A stretch of DNA of 63,686 nt, counting the filler, from Chiloscyllium plagiosum (Eukaryota), in the NCBI RefSeq assembly GCF_004010195.1. It is 5 parts of one record of this genome, joined end to end, with 100 filler letters (N's around TTAATTAATTAA, not from the genome) between each part and the next. Parts side by side here need not be neighbours in the genome. Positions count along the whole stretch, not along the records: positions 14,919 to 34,661 come from NC_057717.1; positions 34,762 to 61,124 come from NC_057717.1; 3 more parts are not named here. One strand, written 5' to 3'. The stretch's first letter is position 1. Each line of letters opens with the position of its first letter. The notes beneath the pieces are model-generated. The model was not told the DNA's origin. It saw only the letters and a program-made list of their open reading frames with translations, and ran no database searches. The translations under genes and the position numbers were made by a program. Shown here piece after piece: positions 24,791-37,714 of the stretch.

Positions 24791-25553
24791 AAGCTACCCT
24801 TAAACCTCAAGACCTCCAGTCTCGTTCTCATCATTGCAAATGTTTTGCCCCCTTTCTGGTTTATAACATTCTTCGTACATCAAGGCAACACGAATTGTAC
24901 ACAGTAGTACAAATTTGTCCTTACTGTTCTCTTGTACAGGCACAGCATCATGTCCCAATTATTATATTCACTGCTCTGACTGATGAAGGTAATCGTACCG
25001 ACTGCCTTCCACACCACCCTGTCCACATGTGTAAGTCCTGCTTTGATTATTCTAAAAAAAAGGCAGCACCTCATATTTAACGGTAGGAAGCTCCTCCTGC
25101 CCATCATCGTCCTACTGGCGCAGTTAATCATGATCTCATTTTCCTTTTAAATGACCTTCTTCGCTGCCATTTTACCAGCAATTTGGTGTCATCGATAATG
25201 TTACCATCCATCCTTTGTATATTCTCATCCAAATCATTTCTCAAAATAACAAACAACAGTGGCCCCAGCACTGGTCCTGTGACACACCGCTCGTCACAAC
25301 AAATCTCTCCCTGCACCATCTGTCTCATACTTTAATTTAGAAACTTTTCCTGATCCCCTGTGATCTAACCTTATTAACCAGGCTTCCATGCGGTATCTTG
25401 TTGGATCTCACGAAGGTTCACATAGAAAAACCTATGCTTAAACAGGCCCTGGGTGTTTATCTTACGTTGTGTACTTCCTCATCTGTAATGTCGCTGCATT
25501 TCAAAACATCACTGCCTCGATTTATTTCCCTAATTTCCCCAGCTTCCATGTCT
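24790..25553 (-). mobile_element. Minus-strand CR1 RT fragment
   Basis: GPVLGPLLFVI..NDLDE...DDTK and YCVQF motifs. Confidence 0.8.
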
Positions 25554-27309
25554 NNNNNNNNNNNNNNNNNNNNNNNNNNNNNNNNNNNNNNNNNNNNNNN
25601 NNNNNNNNNNNNNNNNNNNNNNNNNNNNNNNNNNNNNNNNNNNNNNNNNNNNNNNNNNNNNNNNNNNNNNNNNNNNNNNNNNNNNNNNNNNNNNNNNNNN
25701 NNNNNNNNNNNNNNNNNNNNNNNNNNNNNNNNNNNNNNNNNNNNNNNNNNNNNNNNNNNNNNNNNNCTCTAAGGCATCGGAGTGGGCTGAGGTCGATTCT
25801 TTGTGAGTAGCGAGAACCCAGAATAGTCAGAGACAGATATCCTGTGTTGTTGAACCGTTAACTGTGTCTCTGTGCTTCCACTTTTACCAGATTGTCGATA
25901 ATGCCTTACATTTTAATTGTTTTTTCTTTACTTTTCTGCTTTATATCAAATTCTGTATTCTTTTGTTTTGGGGTGGGGAATCTTTCTGCCTAAGCTTGTG
26001 TCATATATGGCGACTTGTACAGTTTTCCCTGTCCCCATGTGAGTACATGTGACAATAAACCTCATAAACTTAATCCATCTCATATGGGTCCACACAAAGA
26101 TGGCTGACTGAGTTTTTGTGAGCCCTATTCTCTCTCTAGATTTTCTTTTGCCCTTCATACAATAATATAATCTCTATGAATCCTCCTTGTCTCATGCCCT
26201 GTTTTTGCCTTCCTGATTTCCTTGGTAAGTATACTCCAACACACATTACGCGCAAGGGATTCCATTGATCCCTGCTGCCAATAACGCGCAAGGGATTCCA
26301 TTGATCCCTGCTGCCAATACATAACATATACTTGTTTGTTTCTCCTTGACCAGACATTCAATAACCGCCATGCTCTGATCTCTACTCCTGCTAACATTGC
26401 TCTTCACACGAACAGGACAATGCTGTCCCTGAAATCTCACTATCTCGCTTTGAAAGACTCCAACTTGCTAGATGTCCTTTTCACTGCGAACAGCTTCTCC
26501 AATCAGCTTTTGAACTTTTCTGCTAAATATTATCACAATTGGCTTTGCCCTCATTTGAGATGCTAACTTGTGCACCTGGCTCATCCTTTTCCAGAACTAT
26601 AGTCAAACTAATGGAATTACAGTCACCAATTTTAACAGCTGAACCACATGCTCTGCCTTAATTCACAAGAGGAGATAAAGGTGATGTCAAGATCAGATCA
26701 GCCATGAACTAACTGAATGGCAAGGCAACGACTAGGACCGAATATCTGCATGTGTATATATATATGTGTGAGTGTGTGTGAGTGTGTGAGTGAGTGTGTG
26801 TGTGTGTGTGTCTGTATGTGTGTTTGTTTTTTCCAGTGTCTACGTGTGCGTGCTTTCGTGTGCATCTGCGTCTCTGCATCTGCGTCTCTGAGCAATTGGG
26901 TTTCTGTTGTTTTGCGAGTGAATCCATTGAAATGTGGATCAAAATGCGTCTCCTCATTCTCTCACTCTCTCTCTTTGGCTCTCCATCTTGTGTTCTAAGT
27001 TCTGAGAATATACAAAGGATGTACTGCCCGCCTCTTATGCATGTCCCGTGCCACTGCACAAGCAGCAGCTTTGTTTGGAAAAGCCATCAAAGACAGTGAA
27101 TCCCTCACATTTGAATTGAATTGGCTTCAATGTCACGGACACTTTAATGAATGCAGTGACAACATTGCATTGGCTTTACTTATGGCGCCATCTTCGGTAC
27201 AAGAAATCTAGGTATAGATTCTTAAGCATTTGGTCCAAAAATGAAAGAATGAGAACAGAAAGTCCAGAAGAAGAGTAAAAGGGAAAAAAAATGAACAAAC
27301 ACGAATTGC

Positions 27310-28065
27310 AGTGCCTGACACACCAGTCTGTACCAGCAAAGAGTCTCCAGACCGCAGCGGGCCCATTGTCAACACTGGGCAGGGCCCCGTTTCCAGACTG
27401 CACTGGGGCTAGTATCCGGAGTGCATCGAGCCCAGTCTCCAGACAGTTCCAGACCTAGTCATTTGTAAATATGGGACCCAGTCTCCAGAATTCCACAGGC
27501 CTAGTCGCTAGACAGCAATGGGACCAGTCCCCCGGCGTCAGCGGTACAGTCTCCACACCATACCAGGCCCAGTTTGCAGATCGAACCTGGCCCAGTATCC
27601 AATCCTCACTGGGCTCAGTATCCAGACACTACCGAGTCCTGTCTCCAGGTTTCACCGGGCTCAGTAGCCAGACAGTGCCGGGCCCAGTCTCCAGACCGTA
27701 CCGGAGCAAGTCTCCAGACTCCACCGACCACAGTCTCCTGGCCAAACCATGCTCAGTCTGCAGGCCTAAATGGGACAAGTTCCCAGGCCACACCGGTCCA
27801 AGTCTCCATACTGTACCAGATCTAGTGAATGGACTACACCGCCCTCGTCTCCATAGTTCCCCAGGCCCAGTAGACACACAGCACCAGGTGCAGTCTCCAG
27901 GCGGCCCGGCACAGTCTCCACACTATACCGGGCCCAGTCTCCAGACCATACAAGACCCAGTCTCCACACCATACCAGGCTCAGTCTCCAGACCGCATCGG
28001 GCCTATTCTCCAGGCCGCACCAAGTTCAATATCCAGATTGTCGTCGGCCCAGTCTCAATAACACA
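27310..28065. repeat. 20-bp minisatellite, consensus GGCCCAGTCTCCAGACTGCACC-like, degenerate
   Basis: Repeated CCAGTCTCCAGAC cores about every 20 bp. Confidence 0.9.
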
Positions 28066-28514
28066 CTGTGCTTTCTCGAGGCCTCCCATCCACGCGACAG
28101 CCCCCTGTCTGCGACTCACCTCCTCCATTCCCATTGGAGGAATTTTAAAATTTTAAGTTTTTGAAGAAGGTGTCTCTCAAGAAAACAGAAAAATAAAGAT
28201 TGATATAAAGAGAGGAGAGCAGAGAATCTCCGGATGGAACATTCTGACTCTACCACCATCTTTAGGATGTTTGTATCTTTCTTCGAAGAATCACTTTGGA
28301 GACTCAACGCAGTTTTTTCCAATTTCTTGCAATGCTGTCTCTTAGTAAAAGGTGATGGACATGTCTATTGCTGGCCCACATGCTGACATTGGGTTTGTTT
28401 TAGGTCTTTACAATACATACTCACTTAAAATTGGAAAAGTCTATCAAAAATATTGAAAGTTAGAGAAAGTGGTTGAAAATCCATCTCAACATCTTCCACT
28501 GTGCTTCACTGAGA

Positions 28515-28670
28515 GTATGGATCAGTGGTGCTGGAAGAACACAGCAATTCAGGCAGCATCCGAGGACAGGCAAGATCTTGCCTGTCCTCGGATGCTGCCT
28601 GAATTGCTGTGCTCTTCCAGCACCACTGATCCAGAATCTGGTTTCCAGCATCTGCAGTCATTGTTTTTAC
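28515..28670. mobile_element. Penelope-end-derived palindromic insertion with 11-bp target-site duplication
   Basis: 116-bp palindrome at 28518-28633 (58-bp arms, one mismatch, centre AGATCT). Flanked by CTTCACTGAGA at 28504-28514 and 28671-28681. Confidence 0.8.
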
Positions 28671-28689
28671 CTTCACTGAGAATAGCCTG

Positions 28690-28980
28690 TGTACAATTGT
28701 ACAGCTGTGGTCTACATAGCTCGTGACGCACAACAGATATCTAGTCCGGGTTTATAGAGCAATGCACTGCTGTGGTCTGCATAGCTGCCAGTGCTGGACA
28801 GACATCTGGTGTGTCTGGATGAATACACTGCTGTGGTGGGGATAGCTCCCAGCGTTAGATGCATATCAAGTCCGAGTTTATAGATTAATGCACTGGCGTG
28901 GTCTGCACATTTTTCCGCACTCGGCAGACTGCTGAGTTAGCCTGAGCAGAGCTCGAACTTCACACTGTGCTGAACAGATA
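28690..28980. repeat. ~60-bp tandem repeat (ATGCACTGCTGTGGTCTGCATAGCTCCCAGTGCTGGACAGATATCTAGTCC..TATAGATCA)
   Basis: Four to five degenerate units. Paralogous arrays lie at 55030-55265 and 56831-57066. Confidence 0.8.
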
Positions 28981-29084
28981 CCTCCTCTAAGGTAATGGTT
29001 CTCTGTGTTGGATTGAGAATAAGTTCTCACTAACTATTTCAGCTGATCTGCCAATGCATTTAGTTCTCATTCTTGTGATTTGAT

Positions 29085-29420
29085 CCTCCGTCCCTCCCTC
29101 AATTAATGTTGCACTGTGACCATGTACATTACATCATGATCGTGAAAGCCCACTGTGCTGGCCTCTTCATTCAGAAGCAGTCAGCCATTCGCATTGTCCT
29201 CGAGTCTCCACGTCAAAAGAAAGGATGGCCAATGGGATAAAGGCCGTCCGCTTGACACACAGCACAAAACATACACTCCCAGCACTCCCCACCTCCATCC
29301 AAGCCAATAAAAATATCTGGTGTGCACTGAGTTCAACTGGGCCACTGAGAATATCAGGGAGCAGACCTTCAAGGAGATGGAACAACACTTCCCATTTGTG
29401 AACGACAGTGTGAATCCTCC
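29085..29420 (+). mobile_element. PIF/Harbinger (HARBI1-like) DDE transposase relic
   Basis: Frameshifted SLN..CDHVHYIMIVKAHCAG..FIQKQSAIRIVLESPRQKKGWP.GDKGRPL....ENIREQTFKEMEQHFPFVNDS matches the Harbinger pattern SLNVQLVCDH...PGS.HDAFILRQS...GWLLGDKGYPL...IEQTIG.LK.RF..LDRS. Confidence 0.75.
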
Positions 29421-29899
29421 AGTGCACACGTATCACGAAGTACTTTAAACTCTCCACATTTATAAATATATAGCTTGTTATTCTTCCTGTAAAAGTAACA
29501 GGTTCACAGTTACCCACGTTATATTCCAGGAGCCAAATTGTCATCCATTGTTTATCCAATTAGAAATAATGCACCGCCTCCTGCCATCTTAAATTCCTGC
29601 CTATCTTAGTTAGAATACTTTTGTTAAATCTTTCGAAAACGTTGATATTACTGACAAATAACTGAGGCCCAAGCACAGGTCACTCCGTCACCGCAGTCGT
29701 TAATTTCTGTCAAACTGACAGAGACAGATTTATCCCTGATTTAGCCCAGCTCCCATCTCACTAACCAGTTCTTCCAGTATTCCTGTGTCGCAGCTTTGAA
29801 AGGCTGAATATTCCCTTCCATTTCCCATGTAACAGACATAAGAGATTAAAGATCTGGTTCAATTGCTGAGTAAAAGACTCGAACGGCTGAATGGCCTCA

Positions 29900-30700
29900 T
29901 TCTGTTCCTGTTTAAATTTTCTCATTGTCTGAATAGCCTGTTATAGTATCGGTGTAGTTGTGAATGGTGCTGAAAATTTTGGAACCATCAGTGAAAAGCT
30001 CACTTCTGATTTTATGATGGAGGGGAAGGTCATTAATGCTGCAGCTACAGCTAGCCCACAGTGCCTCATGGAGGTGTAGTTTCCATTTGCTCGGTCCTTT
30101 ACAGGTATGTCCTACTGCACAGGAGGGAGTGCCACATAACACAGTTGGCGGTATCTTCAGTATGAGGCTGAGGTTTTCCCTCCAATAGGACCGTGTGCTG
30201 GCTGCTCCTACAGATAATGTTGGGGCAGATCCATCTGTGACAATTGTTTTGGTTAATATATTTTCCTCTTGTTGGTTCCCCCATCACTTTCTCCCAGTCT
30301 GGCTGCTGTGTATTTGAGACCTCTCCCTGCTCAGTCAGTGGTGGCCGAGGGGGACACTCTTGGTGATAGACTTTGAAGTCCCATACCCAGACTAATTTTT
30401 GTGTCCTTGGCACACTCAGTGCTTCCTCCGATTTGTTTTCGACATCGAGGGGAACTGTGTTATCATCGAGGAATAGTGTGGAGGGCAGTAGGTGCCTATC
30501 ACCAGGAGCTTTCCTGGACCATCTCTGACCTGTTACCATGCGATTTCCCGACTGTGTCCCACCGTGTCGCCACCACTGGTGTGTCTATCATGCCGGATGA
30601 ACGGATAGCCCGAGTGTTGGTGATGAGGCTTCATGAAGCATTACCCATCAAGCCTGATTCTGTGAGTATGACGGTGTCACACTGTTTCCTGTCGGCGTCA
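29900..30700 (-). mobile_element. Old CR1/L2-clade LINE fragment
   Basis: Minus strand INDLP...FTDGSKIFSTI (RT domain 5-like) plus an endonuclease-like part. Paralog at 58330-59130. Confidence 0.55.
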
Positions 30701-30949
30701 GGATGAGAAATAAAGCCGGAAGTAAAGAAGGGAACAATAATTTTAAAAAGTTGATGAAAGGTACTCTATTGTAAAATATTTTATATTCTCAAAAAGGATT
30801 AAGAAATTGATATGACTCTATGCCATTGGAGAAACATGGTGATTGGGCGACCAACACTGAGAACTGAACATCCACCTGATTTTAGATTAAGGGATGTTCT
30901 ACCAAACTCGGGATGAGGTAGGGTAGATCTCCTAACAAAGAATGCCATC

Positions 30950-31920
30950 TGTTTGATTGAAAAGGAGGATCTTAAATGCATTGATCAGGGTATTGCGTGG
31001 GTGATTTCGTGTGTGACAAAGTTTGAAGGTGACAGAAAATTAGTGGGCGGGCGAAGTGTGTAGAAGACACTGAACGTCTGCAGAGGGGCACAGATATTAT
31101 AGTGAGGCGGGGAAGGGTCTCACAGATTGAGTACGATGTTGGTAAATGTGATTTCATCCATTTTGGCAGGAATAGCAGTACACTGGACAACTTATTATAT
31201 GGTAAAAAATTGCAGCATGCTGCTATGCAGAAGGTCCTGGTTTTCCTTGTGCAGGACTCACAAAACATTGATTTGCAGATAACTAAGAAGGCAAATAGAA
31301 TATTATCCTTCATTGCTGAATGGATACAGTTTAAAAACAGAAAGATTATACTGGAGGTGTAAATGGTGCTGATGACGCCACACCTCGTGTACCACATACA
31401 GTTTTGGACTCCTTACTTTAGAAAGAATGGACGAGCACTCGATGGGTGCAGAAGAGTTACACTATGCTGATTCTAGAATTGAGAGCGTTGAGTAATGATG
31501 AGAGATTAGTAGATTGGGACTATACTCATGGGGACTTAGAAGAATGATTGAGGATTTATGCTAACAAAGCATTGTGAAGGGAGTAGATACGGTAATAGTA
31601 GGAAGGATGTTCTCACTGTTGGGTGAAACTAGCACCGAGGGGGATGCTGAATATGAATTGCAGCAAATTTTGCACAGAGTTGTGGAGGAACATCTTCACT
31701 TGAATCTGTAGAATACCCTGTTGAGAGAAGGACTTGAGGCTAGTTTTCTGAATGCTTTTAAAGCAAAGCTAGATTTTGGAAAAGTAAAGGAATCAAGGGT
31801 AATGGTGAGAGGGCGGGTAGGTGGAGCTGAGTCTATGAAAAGATCCGCCCTGACGTTATTGCAGTGCAGGCTTGAGGGGCTAAATGGCCGACTCCTGCTC
31901 CAATTCCTTCTGTTCTTATG
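30950..31920 (+). mobile_element. Degraded CR1 ORF2 3' end
   Basis: QIEYDVGKCDFIHFGR and KKANRILSFIA motifs. Tail GGCCGACTCCTGCTCC..TGTTCTTATG. Confidence 0.8.
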
Positions 31921-32559
31921 GATTCATTTAATAATTAATGTTTTTATGCAAAGTGTCGGTTGATTTGGGTTTGGGGAGAGATTTCTAACATGAGGCTGAG
32001 GGGATCTCACCAAACTCCCCACATTAATTGGTGTTTGCGTCCTCACTATGAGAATCACATCGGCCTTCCCCCACTTCTTATTGCACACCATTCCCACCAC
32101 GGGAGAGCCTGGAATTACCCAGCATCCCAAAGAACCTGTGCATTCTTTGAAACCTCATAGTGCACTGTGACAAGCACAGTCGTGTGGAGATAACCTGCAC
32201 AGCCCCTGATATTGACCCTGTACGTGGCAGGCAGGGTGACATTTCTGCTCTCCCCAAACTTTGGGCATGGGCATGAGCTCCTCTCGTTTGAGAAGGGTCA
32301 CAGGCAGGACCTCTCCTTCCCCCAGGTCCAGGTGTGAGGGCCATGACAGCAGACCATGCCTGCCTGCTCTGAATTTGCTCCCACGATTAGAGTAGGTATC
32401 GGGAGTAACGTATATAATTGTAGGGAGATCATTGTGATTCTCCACTCAGCCAGCACAAGGGGAGCCCCGGGAAAAATCTCACCATTCCCCTTGAGAACGA
32501 CATTGAACTGCATATGTATGCGTTTGAATTTTGCCAGACATATCATAGGTGTCGGGTAT

Positions 32560-33110
32560 TGAGCAGAGAAAATCTAAACAACACTTTCAGTATCAATTCC
32601 TGCCTTTCAGGAAGCTTTAACAAGTGTTCTAATAGTTTGTGTGTTTCATTGCTAAAACAAAAAGTGGGAATCAGTATTTGCTGACCAGGATAGCTGTCTC
32701 TGCTAGATTTCCAGAAGGCATTCCATTACACAATATCACAGCTAAAAGGATTGCACAATGGTATCTCAATTTCTTTGACTAGATATGAACTACCCACAGA
32801 GGTACAATTAGGTCACGGTTCAATTTTCACATCAAAGCTATTCAAGGAAGTTGTGGATAGCTCAAGAATAAAACAGGCCACTACCACAGGTCTATCCAGA
32901 AGTGCAAAGAACATTAGAACGATGGCATCAAACTTTAAATACCACTTTGGAGGCTATCAAGATTATCCAGTGGATTTGGATAAAGAAATTCCGTTTGTCA
33001 TTTCTGCAATTAAGGTAGACCAAATTAATCAACCAATTTCCCTGCATTTCAATTAGTGTTTAGCGACGAGGTGGGAGGACCACTGCATTTAACTAAGTAG
33101 ATATTGATGA
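32560..33110 (+). mobile_element. Ty3/Gypsy-type integrase fragment
   Basis: KTKSGNQYLLT..RFPEGIPLHNITAK..TRYELPTEVQLGHGSIFTSKLFKEVVDS..LERWHQTL..DKEIPFV. Confidence 0.75.
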
Positions 33111-33329
33111 GCACACAATCAATCTGTTACAGGAGATACAAAAGTGGCCATTCTATCCATGAAACACGTAAATCATTCATTCTATCTTAGACCTTTTACA
33201 CAGCAAGAGGAACAGGCTTGTCACTCTCTCCAGTTTGTTGCACAGGCGGAGGACGAGGCCATTCAGCTCCATGAGTCTGTTCGACAGGAACAGGTTACTC
33301 AGTCTCTTGAGCCTGATGCAAGGTAATAG

Positions 33330-34300
33330 TAGGATGGGGGGCAATATATCCCAAGATCCTACCTATAACTTCTGCCCTCAGTTGCCTCATCACACCGTTA
33401 CCCCTTAAGTTTGTCGAATATAAATTCCATTAGCAAGTCCTCTACATTTTGGCTCATCTGAACAGGGTCCCATTGTACTCCGAGTTAATCATCTTCACTG
33501 TTCCCTAAATCACCAATGTTGGTATTACCTGCAAACCCACGACGCATTCCTACCTTATTCACATCCAAATCATTTATGTTCATTACAATATCCATTAGGT
33601 CGTTATGGTACTCAGCAGAAAACAGGCATTCAGTGCAAAACAAAAACTCTCCACAAACATTTCCTTCATCTCTTACCTTCGGGTCATTACCTCCGACTCT
33701 CCCTGTATTTCATGTGATCCAATAAGTGCTACCCAGTTTACCATGAGGAATCTTTTTCAACACCTTACCGAAGACCATATACAACCCATACTTCCGCCCC
33801 TTCAACAATGTACTTCGTCACATCTTCATAAATCTAAATCAAATTGGTGAAATATGATTTCCCAAGCAAAAAGCCATATTGACTATCTTGCTCAATCCTT
33901 GCTTTCCAAAAACAAATTTCTCAGAGTCCCCTGGGCAAATTACCCAGCAATGACATGTGGAAGACCGGTCAACAGTTCCTGGCTTTTCCTTCCCAGTTGC
34001 TCTTTAAAAATCGCACAATATAAGCCACCCTGCCGTCTTCTGGCAGCTTACCTGTGACTGTCCATGCTACAAGTATCTCAGCGAGAGGCTGAACAATTAC
34101 TTTCCGAGCTTCCCAATGGGTTCTGTGAAACACCTGACGAGGTCAGAGAACATCGAACAGTACAGGCCATTTAGCCCTCGATATCGTGCAGATCTTTCAT
34201 GCTTCTCGAAAACCAAAGGAACCTGCATGCGTTTCATTGCACTAAGTTCCAAGTGCCTTTGCTGGAGTAGCTTTAAAGACAGGGAGTTCCAACTCTATTT
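33330..34300 (-). mobile_element. Very degraded minus-strand CR1 fragments
   Basis: Reverse-strand FAGNT (FADDT-like) and related RT segments. Confidence 0.5.
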
Positions 34301-34761
34301 TGATTTAATCCCTGTTCTCCCCTTCATCGTTTGATCACGCAGCATTGCCCTTTGATGTGAAGGGCACTGCTTGCCACTGGCCACTTGGGTGTTTCTTTTC
34401 TTCCTGGTCGTGGAAATGGAATATAGAATTGTACACCTTGTGTCTTTTCCTGCCTCACACCTGCACACGCACAAAAAAGAACAGGAGTGTCAAAAAAAAC
34501 AGAGGTGTCAGTGGTTCTGTCAACCTGAGAGCTGCCTCTGAGAGAACTGGATCAGTGTCAAGTACTCTCTCTGGTGATGGGATGCCGTTCTCTGTGGAGT
34601 TATTTCAGTATCATCAAGAATAAAGCACATTCCCGAAACTTGATTCTGTTACGACACGGGGNNNNNNNNNNNNNNNNNNNNNNNNNNNNNNNNNNNNNNN
34701 NNNNNTTAATTAATTAANNNNNNNNNNNNNNNNNNNNNNNNNNNNNNNNNNNNNNNNNNNN

Positions 34762-35184
34762 CCGGTGCTACTATCTTCTGGAGGACCTTCTGCACTGCAT
34801 CTCGGGGCGGGGGTGTGGGGAGTGACTAAGCCACTATATTCACCTGCTTATCGATGTCATAGAAGGTTCTATCCATTTCACCAGACTCCCTCATCGCTCT
34901 TCTGAAAATTGGATATTATCACCCGTGCCCAGCCACCTCCTACCTAGTTCTCGGTCACGTGTGCCTGTAGCCGTGGTAGCTACTTCTAATTGCCAGTCAC
35001 TGGCGCCACCAGAATCCCTGCATAAATATTTATTATCGATATTATTGTCATACTGGTTTGTAAACGGCCATGGGTCGCATGTGAAAGTTCTTGCACCGTC
35101 AGTTAAGATTACCATCTGCGTCTGTATCCCTGACGCCAGTCGTACCAGGGCGCTTGCAAAGAGTGCGAGCTGGGGCATCCCCAT
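34762..35184 (-). pseudogene. env: Putative env N-terminus (signal peptide and SU start), truncated by gap
   Basis: ORF directly after integrase beginning MGMPQLALFASALVRLASG (hydrophobic), then TFTCDPWPF..KYLCRDSGG..W. The assignment rests on position. Confidence 0.5.
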
Positions 35185-35216
35185 AAGCGTACGAGGTTTC
35201 TAATTACTACTTGCAC

Positions 35217-36400
35217 TTAATTGGTTCTTGTGCTGTCCAATGTCTCCTCAGGCCCAGTTACACGTTTGCAATGGCTGGCGTGTATCCACCTCGCTCTTTC
35301 GGCCATCTTAACAGCTGTCTGTGTCGTGACAAACACTTGAAACGGTCCCCGCCACCCCGTCGCCTTCAGTTTTTCTTCCTGAAGTCTTTCACCACTATCC
35401 AAGCTCCAGGTTCTCGATCGTGCAGCTTCCCTTCTGCTGGTTGGGGTCGTGGTGCTTTCATTTGATTCCACATTTGAAACAAAAGTGTAGAGAGTTTCAT
35501 ACAGTAACACAACATTTCGCCCTCACAGTGGTCTGTTGTGTGTCTTACCGTGGGTCTTGTTCTAATTCCTGTATTGGTAGCCTACCAAACAAGATCTCAA
35601 ACGGGCTAAAATTAGCTCTCCCTCTTCACCTCGATCTCAAATACATTAACATAATTGGAAGTGCCTTTGTCCATGTCACCCCTAGTTCCTCACAGTATTT
35701 TGTCAAATTATTTTTTAGGGTAGCATTTTCTCTTTCCACTGCACCACCGCTCGCTGGGTGATCGGCACAGTGTTGTTTCATCTTTATTCCCAAATAATCA
35801 CTGATTTGCTGTCGGGCATTATTGACAAATAGTGTCCCATTCTCACTACTCAGCCTTTCAGGGTTGTCCCATCTCGGAATTATTAAAGTTAGCAAAACAT
35901 TGGCTACTGCACTGGCATAATGTTTAGAAGTGGGGAACGCTTCCACCCATGTGGAAAACATATCAACATTTACCACATAATACCCTTTCCCTTCGCTGAG
36001 TGTTAGTTCAATAAAATCCATCTGTAAATGTTTGAAGAGTCTTTGGGTTTGGGGGTGTGCTGCCTGACTCATCTGCACTCCCCTCTACACATTATTATTA
36101 GCACAGATAACACGCCGTTCTCAATATTTCTGGGAGTAATGATTAAACCCCTTCGTGGACCATTGTGCCGAAATACTGTCATGCATCGCCCTTTTGACAC
36201 ATGGTCCCTACCGTGTGTTAGTTTGGCATAGAATGGAAGTAATGATCGTGGTCGGCAGGGTTTACCATTGGGGCCACACCATCCCTCTTCCCTCACGCTG
36301 GGCCCTGCTTTTGTCCACTCCCACTTTTCTTCCAGCGAGGCCCGTGACTGTAACTCCCGTTCGTCAGCTGTTGGGGTACAATTTTTTTTCATAAACATGT
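35217..36400 (-). pseudogene. pol: ERV integrase
   Basis: HGRDH..C zinc-binding relic. Core FKHLQMDFIEL..VDMFSTWVEAFP..IIPRWDNPERLSSENG (second D changed to E)..HPASGGAVERENATLK. C-terminal WRGPFQVFVTTQTAVK..WIHASHCKRV. Confidence 0.92.
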
Positions 36401-37464
36401 CAAACTGATCACTGCTGCGCTGCCGTCCTTACAGCTGACCCTGCACTTGCATTGCGTTGAGAAATAAAATCGTTATTTTTCATGTGGGCTTCATATTTAC
36501 ACACATCGATTGATTTCGGCAATACGATCGCTTCCACGAGGTCAGAAATCAGGTCACGGTGTGTGACGGTCTTTCTGCTGGAGCTCAAGAAGCCCCTATG
36601 TTTCCACGGGATTCCAAAATTATGTACCACCCCGAATGCGTATCTGCAATCGGTGTAAACATTCACTGTCTTCCTTTAGCCAACTTACATGCCTCAGTCA
36701 AACAATCAGCACTGCTGCGAGAGCTGACAGATGAGAAGGGAGTAATCCTGCTTTGACCACCTCGTCGGCAGTCACTACAGCAGACCGACTACAATTCTGG
36801 CTTGTCTCCTTACTCCTGAATGCTGACTAATCCAGAAAAACCTCCATATGCGGATTCTGAAGTGGTGAATCCTGCAAATGTGGTCGAGGGCGGAAATTTA
36901 ATTAGTCACAGCGACACAAGCATGTGGGTCTCTGCCTCCTTATGTGGGGAGAAGGCTAGCAGGGCTAAGGGCGTTACATCTCTTTATTGTAATGTTAGGC
37001 ATCTCCAATAACGCAGTATTGTACCCGAGCCAATGTGCTTTCGACATGTGTCCTGTCTTTAGCTCGGAAAACAGTAACGGTATTGCATGTCGGTCAGTAG
37101 GGTTAACTCACCAGAACCGACTGTGTTCGTGGATACCACCACAGCCTTTTCAGCTGCAGTCATGGCTCACAGGCATTTAGGCAATCCTGCTGCTACGGGT
37201 CCAGTTTAGCCAAAAATAAGCTATCAGGCTCAATTTTCCCCCATGATCGTGCAACAGCACAGATGTCATGCAGCCACGCTTCTCATCTGCAGTTTTTACA
37301 AAAGGCTTGTTTGGATTCCGAATCCCCAGTATAGGTGTAGTTTGGAGCACCTTTTTAATGCAACAAATGTACTCTCGGTTTCTGGGGTGCATTGCAACGG
37401 ACCCAGGCTCTGAAAACCTTTCTCATCAGCTATGTCACTTATGGGCGTCTCGGGGGTGCGGATT
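36255..37464 (-). repeat. Second copy of pol RT-connection/RNase H segment (duplicate of 37715-38917)
   Basis: Near-identical copies on both sides of a 250-N gap (37465-37714). Both encode NVYTDCRYAFGVVHNFG. Confidence 0.9.
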
Positions 37465-37714
37465 NNNNNNNNNNNNNNNNNNNNNNNNNNNNNNNNNNNN
37501 NNNNNNNNNNNNNNNNNNNNNNNNNNNNNNNNNNNNNNNNNNNNNNNNNNNNNNNNNNNNNNNNNNNNNNNNNNNNNNNNNNNNNNNNNNNNNNNNNNNN
37601 NNNNNNNNNNNNNNNNNNNNNNNNNNNNNNNNNNNNNNNNNNNNNNNNNNNNNNNNNNNNNNNNNNNNNNNNNNNNNNNNNNNNNNNNNNNNNNNNNNNN
37701 NNNNNNNNNNNNNN

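Larger units (their letters stand above)
25770..30700 (+). repeat. Old segmental duplication, copy 1 (paralog ~50350-59130)
   Basis: Collinear shared anchors: TGGCGACTTGTA..GAGTACATGTGACAATA (26008/50596), GCGTCTCTGAGCA.TTGGGTTTCTGTT (26882/51624), CTCACATTTGAATTGAATTGGCTTCA (27104/51820), the 20-bp array, the 60-bp array, the Harbinger relic and a minus-strand LINE (29900-30700/58330-59130). Confidence 0.85.

Noticed and set aside
27310..28065. 196-aa ORF (27471-28061) and CRISPR-like look of the 20-bp repeats
   Set aside because: It is a contiguous degenerate minisatellite with no unique spacers and no cas genes. The ORF is a by-product and is not conserved in the paralog.
32000..32480. 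Possible Harbinger transposase N-terminus (also GC-richer 62900-63686)
   Set aside because: The similarity is too weak to support by eye.
34646..34661. TGTTACGACACGGGG as the ERV 3' LTR end
   Set aside because: It does not match the sequence next to the PBS (42781 onward). It is probably the start of a different LTR element cut by the gap.
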